Shown: positions 1 through 13,482 of the stretch, piece after piece
Layout of the letters: the number at the start of each line of letters is the position of its first letter
Numbering within the stretch: position 1 is the stretch's first letter
Assembly (NCBI RefSeq): GCF_018977255.1
Contig: NW_024704742.1
Coordinates: 46,254,001 to 46,318,000 of the forward strand
From: Callorhinchus milii
Lineage: Eukaryota
DNA length: 64,000 bases
Direction: 5' to 3'
Translations under genes and position numbers: made by a program
Notes under the pieces: generated by a model
The model's input: the letters and a program-made list of their open reading frames with translations, nothing else
Database searches by the model: none
What the model was told of the DNA's origin: nothing

Positions 1-1500
1 TCTTTTTGTCATAAAATTTAGGGCAGAATTGAGCATGTTTATTCTTTTCAAGAATTGGAGAAACCAGCTTCTGAATTACGACCAGTTTAAGAGTTTTTTA
101 CAACTTCTGTGTAATTTTATATTTTAAGATAAGATGCTAAGACTAGGTGGAATTTCAGGTGATTAGCATCTTCTTTTTGACAGTAACTCTGAAACCAGAG
201 CCTGGACTTTCTGGGTACCAACCAATATCCTATCACTCCACACTGCATAGTATCAACACATCATGGTACTACACTGCAAATTCTATTTTTGAAGCATTTT
301 GATTGACAATCAATCAGACTGGAATTTGTGAAGTTTCATGGCTCAGTGATGAAAAGTGATGAAAAGTACGCCAGAATTTCTTTACAATCTCTGGATGTGT
401 TTAATTAAAGACAGCATTTTCTCTCCAGAAAGCGTTAGTTTCAGAATTTATTTTTGTACTTTATCACAGATTTTTACCCAAAAGATCATTTGAGATTCAT
501 TTTGTCATTTCTAAGCAGGGAAATGATTAAAGTTGGATTAGCAACTCTGAGTTCTATGAAGCACATAATAGTCACAACAGATTCCTTATGTATTGAACTT
601 ATATCTAAAACCCACACATCCACTGAAATTCAGCATTGTGAATTTAAAGGGGTTGTGGGTCCATTTTTTGATTATAAAATGCTTTAGTGTCACCTACTGA
701 GAGTGTTACTATCCCGCCTTCTGCTAGAGTATGGTAAATTGCTATTAGATTTAGTGAAAAAGGGAGCTAAATGAGAATTTGCACCAATAATGAATCCTGA
801 TAGGTGTCTCAACAAGCTCAAAAACCTAGTTACTGTATTTCATACTATACAATGCTGACAGTATGCGTGCAGCTTGTGGCAGGTTAAACTGTAAACGGTG
901 GATCAATACAACCATAAAGCTTCATTTTCAATGTTGGCTCAGTCATTGGGGGTAGTTGTGAAGGAGTACAAAAAAGAACATATGGGAGTGGCCACTGTTT
1001 TGTGTGCTATATAGAACATTCAGGGATAATGCTGTTGTGAGATTGCCCATTGCATGAAAGAGGTAAGAAAGAAGAGGCCTAATCTGAATAAGTGATTTCA
1101 ATATTTATACCTTGAAGTGGAATAAAACGGTTTCAAACACTGGAGATCTCGGTTAAAGTTAATGTTTGCTTCAATAGGTTACATTGGTTTACAATATCAA
1201 AAGCACCTCCTCCACCACCACCCACACCAACCAAAATGTTAATTCTTGTACAGGTGAACATTGAAGTAACTATTTGAAAAGAGAAGGGAATTTTGCCCTG
1301 GCCAACAATCCTCCAGATTTACTGATCATTCACGTTATGGTGGTATCTGGAAAGCAATACACTCAATTAATCCACTTAACAGAAATTACCTGTAAAATAC
1401 TTTGAGATTATTAAATGTGATCAAGCACAATAAAATTACAAGCTCTTTCTTCCTTTCTTTGATAGTACATTTCAAAAAGTTCTGTAATTTGGTCTATCAC

Positions 1501-2553
1501 AACAACAAGATTACATTTGTATAGCGCCTTTCACGTCAGGAGGATGTCCCAAGGCGCTGGACAGAGTTCAGCATTTCAGACCCGAGCTGGGGTCGGGGGG
1601 AGGAAGGGATGGGAGGGGAAGGGGGTTGGCCAATGATATGGTCAAAGAGAAGGGTCTTGAGGTGGGACTTGAAGGAGGCTAAGGAGATGGTGAGGCGGAG
1701 TGACTGGGGGATGAAATTCCAGAGGTTGGGGGCAGAGTGGCTGAAGGCTCTCCCACCAATGGTGGGGAGGGTAGGTCGGGGGACATGGAGCAGACCAGAG
1801 CCGGCTAAGCGGAGGGAACGGGCGGGTTGGTAGGGGGTTAGGAGATGGTAGGGTGAGGCGAGGCCATGGAGAGCTTTGCAAGTGAGTTGGGCAAAGTTAC
1901 GGAGGTGAGGGAAGGCAGAGCGGGTCATGGCTTGAATGTGGGGGAGAAAAGACAGTTGAGGGTTGAACAAGACACCTTGGTTCCTGACTGGCTGGTGAGT
2001 TGAAGTGTGCAACCATGGAGGTTGATGTTGCCAGAGCCTGAGGTGCTGAGGCGCTGGTGTGAGCCAATCAGGAGGGTCTCAGTTTTGTTCACATTCAACT
2101 GTAGGAAACTTGTCCTCATCCAGGACTTGATGTCCGACAGACAGTCTGTCAGGACAGCAGTGGTCCTGGAGTTGAGGGTGGAGGCAGAAAGGTAGAGTTG
2201 GGTGTCATCCGCATACATGTGGAAGTTGACCCTGTGTCTACGGATGATGTCACCAAGGGGGAGCATGTAGATATTAAAGAGGAGAGGGCCAAGGACAGAG
2301 CCCTGGGGGATGCTAGATGTGACAGTGCGGGGGCTGGAGGGGAAACCGTTAGAGGCAACAAAGTGGAGACGGTGAGAGAGATAGGAATCAAACCAGGCAA
2401 GGGCAGGTCTGTGAAGATTGAGTAAAGCGGAGAGGCGGTGTATTAGGATGGAGTGGTCGACAGGGTCGAAGGCGGCAGAGAAGTTGAGGAGGACAAGGAG
2501 GCAGAGGGAGCCCTGATCACAGATGTTCAGAATGTCATTTGTGACTTTGACCA
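1501..2553 (-). mobile_element. L2-clade LINE, 5'-truncated, internally deleted, frameshifted ORF2 (RT)
   Basis: ORF 1925-2266 carries [11 protein letters not shown]; the C-terminus reads GGRAFS..AP.LWN; 3' stem-loop tail and (TTG)n end at 1501; relative to other copies a block is missing near 1885. Confidence 0.95.
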
Positions 2554-3496
2554 GTCAAAAGCTTTCCGCCATCTGCAACATCCTTGGGATATTAGACTGG
2601 CCAGTTATCTGCTCCACGTACGCTTCAGTGACTTAACAATAGTGTTTTAATGTAGCGATGACTTAGTTGATAGAGGCACAGTTGGCGCTCATTTGACAAG
2701 TGGCTACCTCAAAATATTTCAGCTTCCCCCAGGTCTCTTTACCTGTTATAGTTTGATAAACTCCGGAAAGAATTGGATGCAGAAACAAAAGCAAGCAAAA
2801 CATCAGGCGATGAGACAAAGGTTCCCTGCTGGTATTTGTTCTGAAGCAGCATTACTTAATAATGGTCTGAGTAAGACATGACCATTCAGCATCTCAGATT
2901 TAACTGAATCCCTGTGTTTTTAATGAAAGAAGTAATGTTTTAAAACCGCCAGGGCTATAATAAAACAATTACAGTTTTCTCTCTTGTTCAAAATATTAGG
3001 CTATATCTTGGCCTCATTGCTGCAAATATATTAATCGTTGAAATCTTCAATAATACTTTTAATAGCTCCAGGTATAGAGCAGTCATTTCACTGTTAGTCT
3101 TGAGATGTGACAGCAGCTCCGCTGATCTGACGTTTGGGACTTCACAAACAATCAGACTCTTGATCACATCACAACGTTTCCTAAACAATTCATCACAAAA
3201 GAAATGTTTCCAAAATGTTCATGATGCGTGTTTATAAAAATCCATGTTCAGTCCCTACCCAGCTAGTCCACAAACAACTGTTGGGTATTTATGGTAGTGG
3301 AATAATTTTATAAAATAAATCTATAGAAAGTACAACAGGAAGTGAAAATGTATTTCTGATTAACTCACTGATTTGAAATTTGAAATTGATTCAGGGAATT
3401 TTTCCGATTGTTGGTACATTTAAATCTGATTATCCTTAGGTCAATAAATTTGCCAAGAATGGGTTGACATCTTCCATTGCTTTCCTGTACATCACC

Positions 3497-3602
3497 GTGC
3501 CCCAATTATACAGTCAATTCACTTTACAGTATATTCTGTGAAGCACTTTGAGACGTCTCGAAGACGTGATAAGGCAAAATATGTTAAATGCAACGATTAT
3601 TC
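3497..3602 (+). mobile_element. SINE 3' fragment, older tail variant
   Basis: CAGTCAATTCACTTTACAG...GAGACGTCTCGAAGACGTGATAAGG...AAATGCAA; matches the 3' part of the SINE at 18872. Confidence 0.85.
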
Positions 3603-3719
3603 GTATTGTATCAATATTCAGAAAACAGAAATTACCTCAGAATCTGAAATGCTGTGAGAGTTGATTAAAATGACATCAATTTGTTTTTTTAATAATGTAT
3701 CATAATGTTGGGGCTGGAG

Positions 3720-4060
3720 CTTACCCTGACACTCCAATTCAGTGCTTTGGAAGCACTGCATTGCCCTAGTCCCTGTCCTTCAAATGATAAATTAAACTGA
3801 GGTCCTGTTCATCTGTGCTCAGGTGGATATTAAAGATCCCATGATATTGTTTGAAAAGAGGAGTTTCTTTAGGTATCTTGACAAAGAAACCTCCAGATTA
3901 ATTTGTTATTCACCTCATGGCTGTTTGTGGAACTTTGTTGGTGCAAATGGTGCTGCTGTGTTTGCCTACAAAAAATGCTCTCTGCATGTGGCAATACGTA
4001 CATGTGAAACATTTAGAGACTTTGACTTGATAATGCACTATAAAAATTCAATTCCATCTT
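3720..4060 (+). mobile_element. Deu-domain SINE (SacSINE1/AmnSINE1-like), degraded
   Basis: TTAAACTGAGGTCCTG...CAGGTGGATATTAAAGATCCCATG, then GGCTGTTTGTGG...; this motif recurs many times in the window. Confidence 0.8.
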
Positions 4061-4229
4061 CTTCTATAACACATCTGAACTACATTTACAACTACTTGTA
4101 ATTCTGCATCATGAATATTCAAGATGTCAGCTCCATGAAGGACAGACATATAATTTAGCTGCTAGAGAAGCTTTATGAAGATAAACATTCAAAACATTTA
4201 ACCAAAATAAAGCATTAATTCAAATATAG

Positions 4230-4560
4230 TTTACCTTCATATTCAATAACATGATAGGATGCACCTTTTCTTATCCCAAGAACTCACATAGCTCTAATTT
4301 AAGACCATATAACAAGCTCTAATTACACTATTAAAGGCATTTTTTTTCCAGATCAAAGCACATAAAGCATTGATTCTTAATTTGAATTTAAACCCAACAG
4401 TAAGTCAACAACCTTTTTGTGCTAAATCAGTTTACATTACTCTGGTCGCCAGAGTCAGGCAAGCTTTTTTGTGGGATTAATAACAGGGAGATTTTGGCTC
4501 CTCTATATAAACATAATTTCACCTACAGACCCAAAATAGCCACACATATTTCTTTCAACA
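4230..4560 (-). mobile_element. possible ancient L1/Tx1-type RT remnant
   Basis: Broken minus-strand frames read GAKISLLLIPQK and CFDLEKNAFNSV, resembling L1 ORF2 A.ISLIPK and LDAEKAFD.V. Confidence 0.3.
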
Positions 4561-4811
4561 AAGAATCTTTTCTTCTCACTCCACCTCTAAAATTGAGCTT
4601 AATAAGGATACATATTTTGTTAGCACCAAAAAGCCAACAATCAACGTCAGTATTTTTCAATGAAGTCCCCAAGTGAGACATCGCTGAACCTTAGCAAAAA
4701 GCTGCACTGGAAATGTTAGCTCTAACAAAGCTAGCTTCAGAATTGAACTGCTTGTATTGGAAACCCTCGCCTAATATTATAATAATAATCCTTGCATTTG
4801 ATTTACACCAA

Positions 4812-6283
4812 CAAAACAACCAAATCACATTTATAGAGCACCTTTCACATCGGGAGGGCGTCACAAAGCGCTGAACAGTCAGGTGTCGGGGCCTAAGCAT
4901 GGGGGAGGGGTGGGGTAGGGGTAAGGGAAGGCAGAGAGGTGGGGGGAGACCAAAGGCATGGTCAAAGAGAAGGGTCTTGAGACCAGCCTTGAAGGAGGCA
5001 AGGGAGGAAGCGAGGCGAAGGGACCGTGGGATGGACTTCCAGAGAGTGGGGGCAGAGAGACTGAAAGCCCGGCCACCGATGGTAGGTTGGGTCAGGCGGG
5101 AGACATGGAGCAGGCCGGAGCCCGATGAATGGAGGGAGTGGGCAGGTTGGTGGAAGTCAACAGGTCAGAGAGGTAGGAGGGGGCAAGGCTATGGATGGCC
5201 TTAAAGGTGAGGACGAGGATCTTGAACTCGATCCTCTGAGGGATGAGGAGCCAGTGGAGTTGGGCACGGATGGGAGTGATGGGGTCGCGCATCCTGGTGA
5301 GTGAGAGTACAGGAGCTGCAGAGTTTTGGATGATCTGCAGCTTGTGAAGGGAAGAGTTGGGAAGGCTGATGAGGAGGGAGTTCCCATAATCGAGCCTTGA
5401 GGTCACGAATGCGCGGGTGAGGGTTTTGACAGCCTGAGGGGTGAGGCAGTGGTGGAGTCTGGCAATGTTGTGGATGTGGTGGTAGGGAGTGCCAGTCATG
5501 GCGTGGATGTGGGGGAGAAAGGACAGTTCAGAGTCAAACAAGACACCCAGGTTCCTTACTGGCTTAGTGAGGTTGAGTGTGCAGACGTGGAGGCTGATGC
5601 TGCCAGCGCTTGAGGTGCGGAGGCGCTGGCACGAGTCTTGCTGACGTAGAGTTGGAGAAAGTTGTCCCTTGTCCAGGACTTGATGTCGGACAGGCAGTTG
5701 GTCAGGACGCCAGTAGTCCTGGAGTTCAGGGTGGAAACAGAGATAGAGTTGGGTGTCATCTGCAAACATGTGGAATTTTACCCCATGTTTGCGGATGACA
5801 TCACCAAGGGGGAGCATGTAGAGGGTGAAGAAGAGGGGACCGAGGACAGAGCCCTGAGGAACACCGCACGAGACAGTGCGGGGGCTGGAGGAGAAACCGT
5901 TTGCCATGACGAATTGGAGGCGGTGTGAAAGTTAGGACCTGAACCAGTCAAGGACAGAACCTTGAAGAATGAGATGGGAGGAGAGGCGGTGGAGAAGGAT
6001 TGAGTGGTCCACGGTGTCAAAGGCGGCGGAGAGGTCGAGGAGGATGAGGAGGCAGAGGGAGCCCTGGTCACACATGGTCAGGATGTCGTTTGTGACCTTG
6101 ACCAGAGCACTGTCCGTGCTGTGGGCAGCATGGAAACCCGATTGGAGGGGTTCATGGAGGGAGTGAGAAGAGAGGAAAGAGCGAAGCTGGGAGGCAACGG
6201 CTCTCTCAAGGACTTTGGATAGGAAAGGGAGATTTGAGATGGGCCGGTAGCTGGATAGCTGTGATGGCTCGAGGGATTTAGCG
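4812..6283 (-). mobile_element. L2-clade LINE, 5'-truncated, about 1.5 kb of ORF2 3' half plus tail
   Basis: ORF 5092-5907: [13 protein letters not shown](Y/F)ADDTQLY, VRNLGV.FD, SRLDYGN, LHWL; frameshifted; L2 tail near 4812-4880. Confidence 0.96.
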
Positions 6284-6290
6284 CCTCATC

Positions 6291-6609
6291 ATAATAATAA
6301 TAATAATCCTTGCATTTGATATAGCGCTTTTCACGTCGGGAGGACGTCCCAAAGCGCTTCACAGAATATACTGTAAAGTGAATTGACTGTATATTTGTGG
6401 GTGAACGCGGCAGCCAATTGCGCACAGCAATGTCCCACAAACAGTCGTAGATTGAAAATGACCAATTTATTATTGTTTTTTTTTTGGTTTTGGAGGGATT
6501 ATTATTAGGCGTGTGGAGTAAGGAAACTTGTCCAAGGTTTCGCCCTGCCGGGAATTGAACTCAGGTCTCTCGCTTGCAAAGCGAGTGCTCTAACCACTGA
6601 GCTACAGGA
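6291..6609 (-). mobile_element. young tRNA-derived SINE, short variant, essentially full length
   Basis: Head TAGCTCAGTGGTTAGAGC...GAGTTCAATTCCC (Pol III A/B boxes), L2-like stem-loop tail and (TTA)n; near-identical to the copies at 9705 and 18872. Confidence 0.95.
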
Positions 6610-6922
6610 TCATGTCTTCTCGATGTCTCAAAGAGCTTCACAGAATATTCTGTAAAGTGAATCGATTGAATATTTTGTGTGTGAAATGCAGCAGCCAATT
6701 GTGCACAGAAGTGTCCCACAAACAGTCGTGGATTGATTGAACAAATTATTATTATTGTTTTTTTCTTGAGGCATTGTTATCCCCAAAAAGCAATCCGCCA
6801 ATCGACTAACAACCAGGTTCCTACTTACTGCTGGGTAAACAGAAGCATATTTGGCGTATGCTCTGCTGGGAATTGAACCCAGGTCTCTCGCTTGCAAGGT
6901 GAGTGCTCTAACACTGAGTTGC
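6610..6922 (-). mobile_element. tRNA-derived SINE, long variant with CORE-like insert
   Basis: tRNA-like head at 6860-6920; extra segment CTGTTTACCCAGCAGTAAGTAGG...GTTAGTCGATTGG shared with the copy at 33851-34225. Confidence 0.85.
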
Positions 6923-6924
6923 TA

Positions 6925-7080
6925 TCCAGAATTAGGTAAGCAGAATGGATCCTTCCAGGGAAAGAGTGTATTTTCATGAGTAGGTGGGATGTATAGCGCT
7001 CTCAATTTGATTTAGATACTTTTAAGCATGGTGATGAGATTCTGCATGTGTCAGACATCTGGCTGACCAAAGGAAATTAC
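6925..7080 (-). repeat. unclassified interspersed repeat X, partial copy
   Basis: Reverse complement of the GTCTGACACATG...CATCACCATGCTTAA...CCCACCTA...CTTACCTAATTCTGGA block seen at 30630 and 33384. Confidence 0.85.
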
Positions 7081-8692
7081 AATGATTTAAAAGAGCTAGA
7101 CCCTGCTAACCAGGAGGTCTCCAGATGTCTCGAGGAGCGTAAATTTCAAAGTACAAATGTTACTGTGGGCATCAAAAGTGCAGCATCAAGATGTCCTTCA
7201 AATGGATTGAAAAATAAGAAGCAGGTAGCCCACCGGCAAAATAAGAAGCAAGTAGCAAACCAGCAACATGGACTCAGTTTAAATACATTTCCCACAAGAA
7301 CATTGTACAATTTCTACTCCTGAGGCTGCACATTGGAAAATAGTATAAACCAGACATTTTCATCTAAAATGGAGATTCCTTGGCTTCTGTGAACTATTCT
7401 TTGTAGAGATTTACCCAGCTTATCTATTCCAGTATTTGCGAAATCAGCACACAGTTCCGCTAGTCGTTTTGTTTAATTATAAGCCTGAAAATTAAGAACT
7501 GTAGAAATAACTACATCTTCACTTTAAACATTGGAGTTTTTTATGGTTGTTAGCTGGGTTCTCAGTAAATTAGGTCAACATCCCAAATTCTTTTTTTTAA
7601 CACTTGTGAGAAAACAATTAATTTCGGAATCAATTATTATTGACAATGACTGTAATATTATTGTATTGAAAGCTTTTAATTAGATTTAAATTTGGGAAAG
7701 TTCTCCAATCTGACAAATCAGTGGAATAAAGGTGTCAACTTCTCTGCTATACTTTTGCAACAGTGTACTTAATATCATCCTCGACATGAGTCAGAACACA
7801 TTTTTAGAAAATATTGTTGCTACGCATTTCAAGAAGAAAGCACTGATCAAACCTTGACTGGTTTGTAACGTGCATTACTAATGCACTGGGAAGCAACTCC
7901 ATCCAAATTAATTGGCAGAAGTACAATACCATAGGCATTAAAAGAAAGGATATAGTGTGCTGGTGTACATTGATCTGACAAATCAAAATTCAGCAAAAAT
8001 GCAACTTCTGAAGGTTAGGAATTACTGCCTGAGGCAGTGCTCAAGAGTTCCAGTGTAAGACAACAGGAAATATTGTTGCATAACAATATTAAAACATCGG
8101 AAAAATTTAGAACAAGCAAAGGCCATTCAGCCCGTCCAGCCTTTTCAAACCAATTATTAAATCTTTTGCTGACTTTTTCTTCCACATCATAATTTAAATT
8201 GTACCTTAGGGTAAGACAACATAGGTCAAAAATGATTCTAGAATTCCACTTCCCAGCCGCCCTGTAGACTTTAGCAAGCAGTTGGGACTGTACAGCTCAA
8301 AATAAACCTACTTTCCAATTTATAGATTTGCTATTTAGGTGGTGAATAGAAATCCTCAGTGCAAATAAACAGAACAAATTGTACACTTGGTATAGCGCTT
8401 CATTGCGATGATTTGTCTCGCAGCTCATCGCAAAATAAGTTACTTTGAAAGGTAGCAACTGTTTTGTAGGCAGACACAACAGATTATGTGTGCTAATAGC
8501 ATCTTTCAAAAATAGTAATTAATTCAATGTCCAATTACTCTGTTTTTTATGTACTTTAGATGAGGGACAAATATTGGCCACCATTGGGTAAGTTTTTCTT
8601 TGAAATAGTGTCTGGGGATCTGAATATCCATATGAACAGATGGATTGGAGAAAGAATGGAAATAAAGACCATCTAGTCCATGTTGCCTGTGT

Positions 8693-8852
8693 AACAACAA
8701 CATCAACAACAACAAGATTCCATTTATAGAGTGCCTTTCACGTCGGGAGGACATCCCAAGGCGCTGGACAGTTGGGTCAGGACCCGAGCAGGGGGGAAAT
8801 GGTCAGGGTGAGGGGAGGGAAGGGAGGGTCGAGGAGGGGGTAGAGAGTTGAG
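8693..8852 (-). mobile_element. L2 3'-end fragment (young subfamily)
   Basis: Tail plus one 46-bp G-rich unit; matches 57764-57900. Confidence 0.9.
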
Positions 8853-8857
8853 AAGAC

Positions 8858-9125
8858 ACCTGGGTTCGATTCCCGGCAGGGTGAAACCTTGGGCAAGTTT
8901 CCTTACTCCACACGCCTAATAATAAACCCTCCAAAAAACAAAACAATAATAAATTGGTCATTTTCAATCCATGACTGTTTGTGGGACATTGCTGTGCGCA
9001 ATTGGCTGCCACGTTTCGCCCACAAATATACAGTCAATTCACTTTATAGTCTATTCTGTGAAGCACTTTGAGACGTCTAGAAGACATGAAAAGCACGATA
9101 TCAAATGCAAGGATTATTATTATTA
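8858..9125 (+). mobile_element. tRNA-derived SINE lacking the A box
   Basis: Begins at the B box (GGTTCGATTCCC); body matches 18872; tail variant GAGACGTCTAGAAGACATG. Confidence 0.92.
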
Positions 9126-9258
9126 AGACAGTCACTGAATCTTCATCTTCCTTACCATAATTTAAAATATACCATCTAATATTTGCTTAGTTAAAATTGC
9201 ATCAAAGGGAATTTCAACAACGTAGCACTTTCGTACTGAACTAGGATGTTGAATTAGA

Positions 9259-9325
9259 TCAGGGTGGTCCAACTGGCGCACCATAGGCCCACATTCAGCC
9301 CGAGGGGCGATTTCATCATGGCTCC
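9259..9325 (+). mobile_element. hAT-type non-autonomous DNA transposon end fragment
   Basis: CAGGGTGGTCCAAC...GGCCCACATTCAGCCCG resembles hAT-Charlie MITE left ends; no right end seen. Confidence 0.5.
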
Positions 9326-9704
9326 CCTTCCTCCATTTCATCTGACCCACCTGCTCCCTCCATAACCCTTGAATGTTATGTTAAGTTTATGTGAATGTTT
9401 CTCAAATAGGGCATCTGGCCTTCAGTAGCTAAAAGTTGGATCTAAATTATGAGTTCAAGTCCCAATAAGAGATTTTAATCTTTGGCCTTTTGACACAGAA
9501 GTGAAAGGCCTATCAACAGAGTCAAAACTGCTCAATTCCATCTATATGGTAGATGGCGGATTGTATTTAACAGTATATTTGATATACCTGAATGTTCCTG
9601 AGGCAGATCTACCAACACTGCTCTTTCTGGTGGCATTGCTGAAGTGAGGATTATAGCATTGATCTGCTGGTTAGTAGAATAAGGGGTACTCTGAAGAGCT
9701 TGTT

Positions 9705-10021
9705 TAATAATAATAATAATCCTTGCATTTGATTTAGCGCTTTTCACGTCGGGAGGACGTCCCAAAGCGCTTCACAGAACACACTGTAAAGTGAATTGAC
9801 TGTATATTTGTGGGCGAACGCAGCAGCCAATTGCGTACAGCAGTGTCCCACAAACAGTCGTAGATTGAAAATGACCAATTTATTATTGTTTTTGGTTTTG
9901 GAGGGAATATTATTAGGCGTGTGGAGTAAGGAAACTTCCCCAAGGTTTCGCCCTGCCTGGAATTGAACTCAGGTCTCTCGCTTGCAAAGCGAGTGCTCTA
10001 ACCACTGAGCTACAGGACTCC
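9705..10021 (-). mobile_element. young tRNA-derived SINE, full length
   Basis: Complete from the GGAGTCCTGTAGCTCAG head to the (TTA)n tail. Confidence 0.96.
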
Positions 10022-11499
10022 TGTATCCTGCTTGTTGGCAGTCAGCTACAAACTGTCAAATGAACTGCTGAATTCATTAAAAAAATATTAATAGCGATCC
10101 TTGTATTTAATATAACACTTTATCACATCATCAAAATATATCAAAGCATTTTGCAGGTTTAACTGTAGTGTGTAGTGACTGCGTATTTTGTAAGCAAATG
10201 AGAATCTATTTAATGTCCTACCTTATGAAGTATTTGTTGTGTGATCTTACATACTTTGCCAACACTGGATTGATTGTTTCTTGCCAAGTTGTTTTACATA
10301 TTGTTATTAGTAAGGTTGTTGAGCAAACACTGTAGTTTATCTCCCCACCTACTCCAATAAGGTGATAATTAGATTTAATTTATGGGGAAATGAAAGGAAT
10401 CTCAAGGGAATCTTCAGTGAAGTATCTGAGTTGTTCAAATAGGACCTTCTAGAACAGGAAGTATATTATGTCATATGACACGTTCTATTTCCAGAGGATA
10501 TCTCCCAGAGATACACAGGAATTCTAACGTAAATAAATCTTACAGATTTGATCCCACTGTACCTTTAAAAAAAATTGACAAAAAATGGTGTAAGTAAGCA
10601 AAAGGTTATTTGATGGAGGCATGCAAAGAAGTTCCATGCTTATGATTTCTCCTCACAAACCCAAACAATCATCCCTGTTCCCTTTAATATACAAAAATAG
10701 ATTCCACCATCATTACTGACTACATTATTTCTGCAGATAACAGGCCCAATTTCCAAAGATCGTATAATTCACTACTATGCAAAAAAAAGCACAGCGGCAA
10801 TTACTTGTGGAGTTATTGGCCTCCCATTCTTTGTTGATTCAACATCTGTGGGTTGAGCCCAGTGAACCCTGTCTTCAGTTATGGATATATATTTCAGTCA
10901 AGTTTGCCGTCAAAAATTAACATTACTAGATTTTACCTCTGCACAATTTTAGTCAACAGCAAATAAATTGATGGCTGAGGTTTCTATTCTCATGGATAGA
11001 CATATGTGTTTCTCTCACTAGCCCCTTTATGATTGACCTATACCCAAAATCCACTGTCAAACTCAAACCTTATTTTCCCAGTTGAAAGCTCTGTAAGGTC
11101 ATCTCCAGCTCCTTAAGAATTTTAGCATGAATGAATATCAGTTAAGTTATAGCCCTGTCGGCATTGTTTGGGCAGTTTCTGCTTTACACAGATTGTTGCT
11201 CAGGATGAGTGCTCATTTTGGGTTTGGCTTCAGTGTTTTTGAGATTTCTATACAATGCTAGTTGAACCAAAGTTCAACCAAATGTATGCGAGTTTGTAAA
11301 CCAGAAGAAACATAAATAGAACATTCACTTCCCTGCAAGGCATTGTTGTTGGTGATGATTATTAAGAATAATAAGAATTTTTGCATTTCATACAGTTGCT
11401 ATAGTGTCAAAATGTATATCCATGTGTAGGTGGCACACATGGAACTCTCGGTCTGTTTTGAGTATATTTAAACTTGGTGGTGAGTTTTTGAATATATCA

Positions 11500-12223
11500 G
11501 ATGGCTGCTGACTAAAATAAATCAAAATGTAAGAATAGGAAACATGTATAATCCATGCGTGGGAGAGAACTTGCCATTGGTTGTCTCTTCAGTCATCAAG
11601 TCAAACTAGTCATGCAGCAATAAACAAGTTGATTGGATATTGGGCTATGGAACTAATTCAATTGAGTTCGGATTCGCGGAATTCAGTCAAGTTATATAAT
11701 GTTCTGATCAGGCTGCACATCAAGTACTTCATACAGTTTTGGTCACCAAAACCTAAGGGAGCTGACACAAGCCTGAGAGGCAGTACAGAGGGGAGCAATG
11801 AAGGTGATATCCATTGTGAGATGAATTAGGTATCTGCAATGATGTGACATTGTTGGGACTTCATCCTTGAAAAGAGATGTCTTAGAGGGAACTTTTTACA
11901 GCTATATAAAATTTTAAATTGGATTGAGGAAGTAAACTGAGAACAATCATTTTCGATAAACCAAGATAGTAGAACAAAAGGTTACAGGTTTAGAGTTTTG
12001 AGTTGTAAAAAATAATTTCAGGACAGACAACAGGAAGTTTTTCTTTATCCAGAGGGCAATTATTGATTGAAACAGATTACCAAGAAGTATGGTTGAGGCC
12101 AGGACCGTGAACTCATTTAAAAATTGTTTGATGCTGTGACGGGAAGATGGTGGTTATTCTGGAAGGATGAGATCAAGTGGGCAAAAGGGCGTTCTTGATC
12201 CAAACCAATCTTGTGACTTTGTG
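11500..12223 (+). mobile_element. CR1-clade LINE 3' fragment, degraded
   Basis: LYNVLIRLHIKYFIQFWSP resembles CR1 LYK.LVRPHLEYCVQFWSP; followed by recognisable CR1 C-terminal and 3' UTR sequence. Confidence 0.85.
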
Positions 12224-12708
12224 AAAATGTTTCACAGGTAACTGTTGTAAAGTGAAATGATGGTGTAATTGTAGGCAAACGGTATTCAGACAACCATGAC
12301 ACAGTCAGACAACAGGCAACCATGACACAAATCCCACAGAATCCATGAAGCAGACAACTTTATCTGGAGGGATTGTTGGTCAAGATATCAAGAAGAATAT
12401 TCCTTTGCTTTTTGAAAAGTATATGCGTTTTTTAGCATCCATCTACACAGGCAGACGGAACCCCTAAGATACAAATTGGTCAATCACATCTTGGCTGTTT
12501 ATGAGACATTGTTGTGCACAAATTGGCTGCTGTCTTTGCCTACAAATACACAGTCACTACAATTCACAGTACATCCTGTGAATTGCTTTGCCACAATCGA
12601 CGATGCGTTAAGACACTTCTTCAAGTGCAAGGATTATTATTAGTAGTAACAGTAGTAGGCTTCATGAGGGATACCATTGAGGCCTCCTTTAAGCTTGTTT
12701 CTCATTAG

Positions 12709-13482
12709 GTCCTTTCTTCCTCGTATCCGCGCCACAACTGGCACCGCCTTCCATCACCTCCGAAACATCGCCAGACTACGGCACTACCTCACCCCTCACA
12801 CTGCTGAAACTCTGGTCCACGCCTTTATCACCTCAAAGCTGGACTATGGGAACTCTCTCCTCGCCGGCCTTCCCGCCACCTCCCTCCACAAGCTGCAGGT
12901 CATTCAGAACTCTGCAGCTCGTGTACTGTCCCGCACCAGGCTTCGGGACCACATCACTCTCACCCTCGCTCACCTCCACTGGCTTCCCATCCCCCAGAGG
13001 ATCGAATTCAAGATCCTCATCCTCACCTACAACGCCATTCACGGCCTCGCTCCCTCCTACCTCTCCGAACTACTATCCCCCTATGTACCTGCCCGTACCC
13101 TCTGTTCCTCTGGCTCCGGTCTGCTCCACATCCCCCGTCCCAACCGCCCTACCATCGGTGGCCGGGCCTTCAGCCTCTCAGCCCCCAGGCTCTGGAACTC
13201 TATCCCCCAGTGCCTTCGCCGCCTCCTCCCTTTTCTCCTTCAAGGCCGGTCTCAAGACCTTTCTCTTTGACTGTGCCTTCAGCTCCCCTCTCAACCCCCT
13301 CCTCGCCCCCTCTCTTCCCTCCCCTCACCCTGACCATTTCCCCCCTCCTCGCTCCCTCCCTTCCCTCCCCTCACCCTGAACATTTCCCCCCTGCTCAGGT
13401 CCTGACCCAATTGTCCAGCGCCTTGGGACGTCCTCCCGACGTGAAAGGCGCTCTATTAATGGAATCTTGTTGTTGTTGTTGT
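12709..13482 (+). mobile_element. L2-clade LINE 3' fragment, young subfamily
   Basis: ORF 12677-13270 (HLRNIARLRHYLT...LDYGN...LHWLP...GGRAFS...LWN); stem-loop tail and (TTG)n; very similar to 57764-58640. Confidence 0.96.

Noticed and set aside
2740..2835. Exon-like segment (plus FDKLRKELDAETK; minus signal-peptide-like MFCLLLFLHPILSG with donor)
   Set aside because: Competing readings on both strands, weak splice sites, no partner exon and no recognisable homology.
7417..7484. Minus-strand AG...GT segment with coding-looking KRLAELCADFANTGIDKL
   Set aside because: All three frames have stops right after the acceptor.
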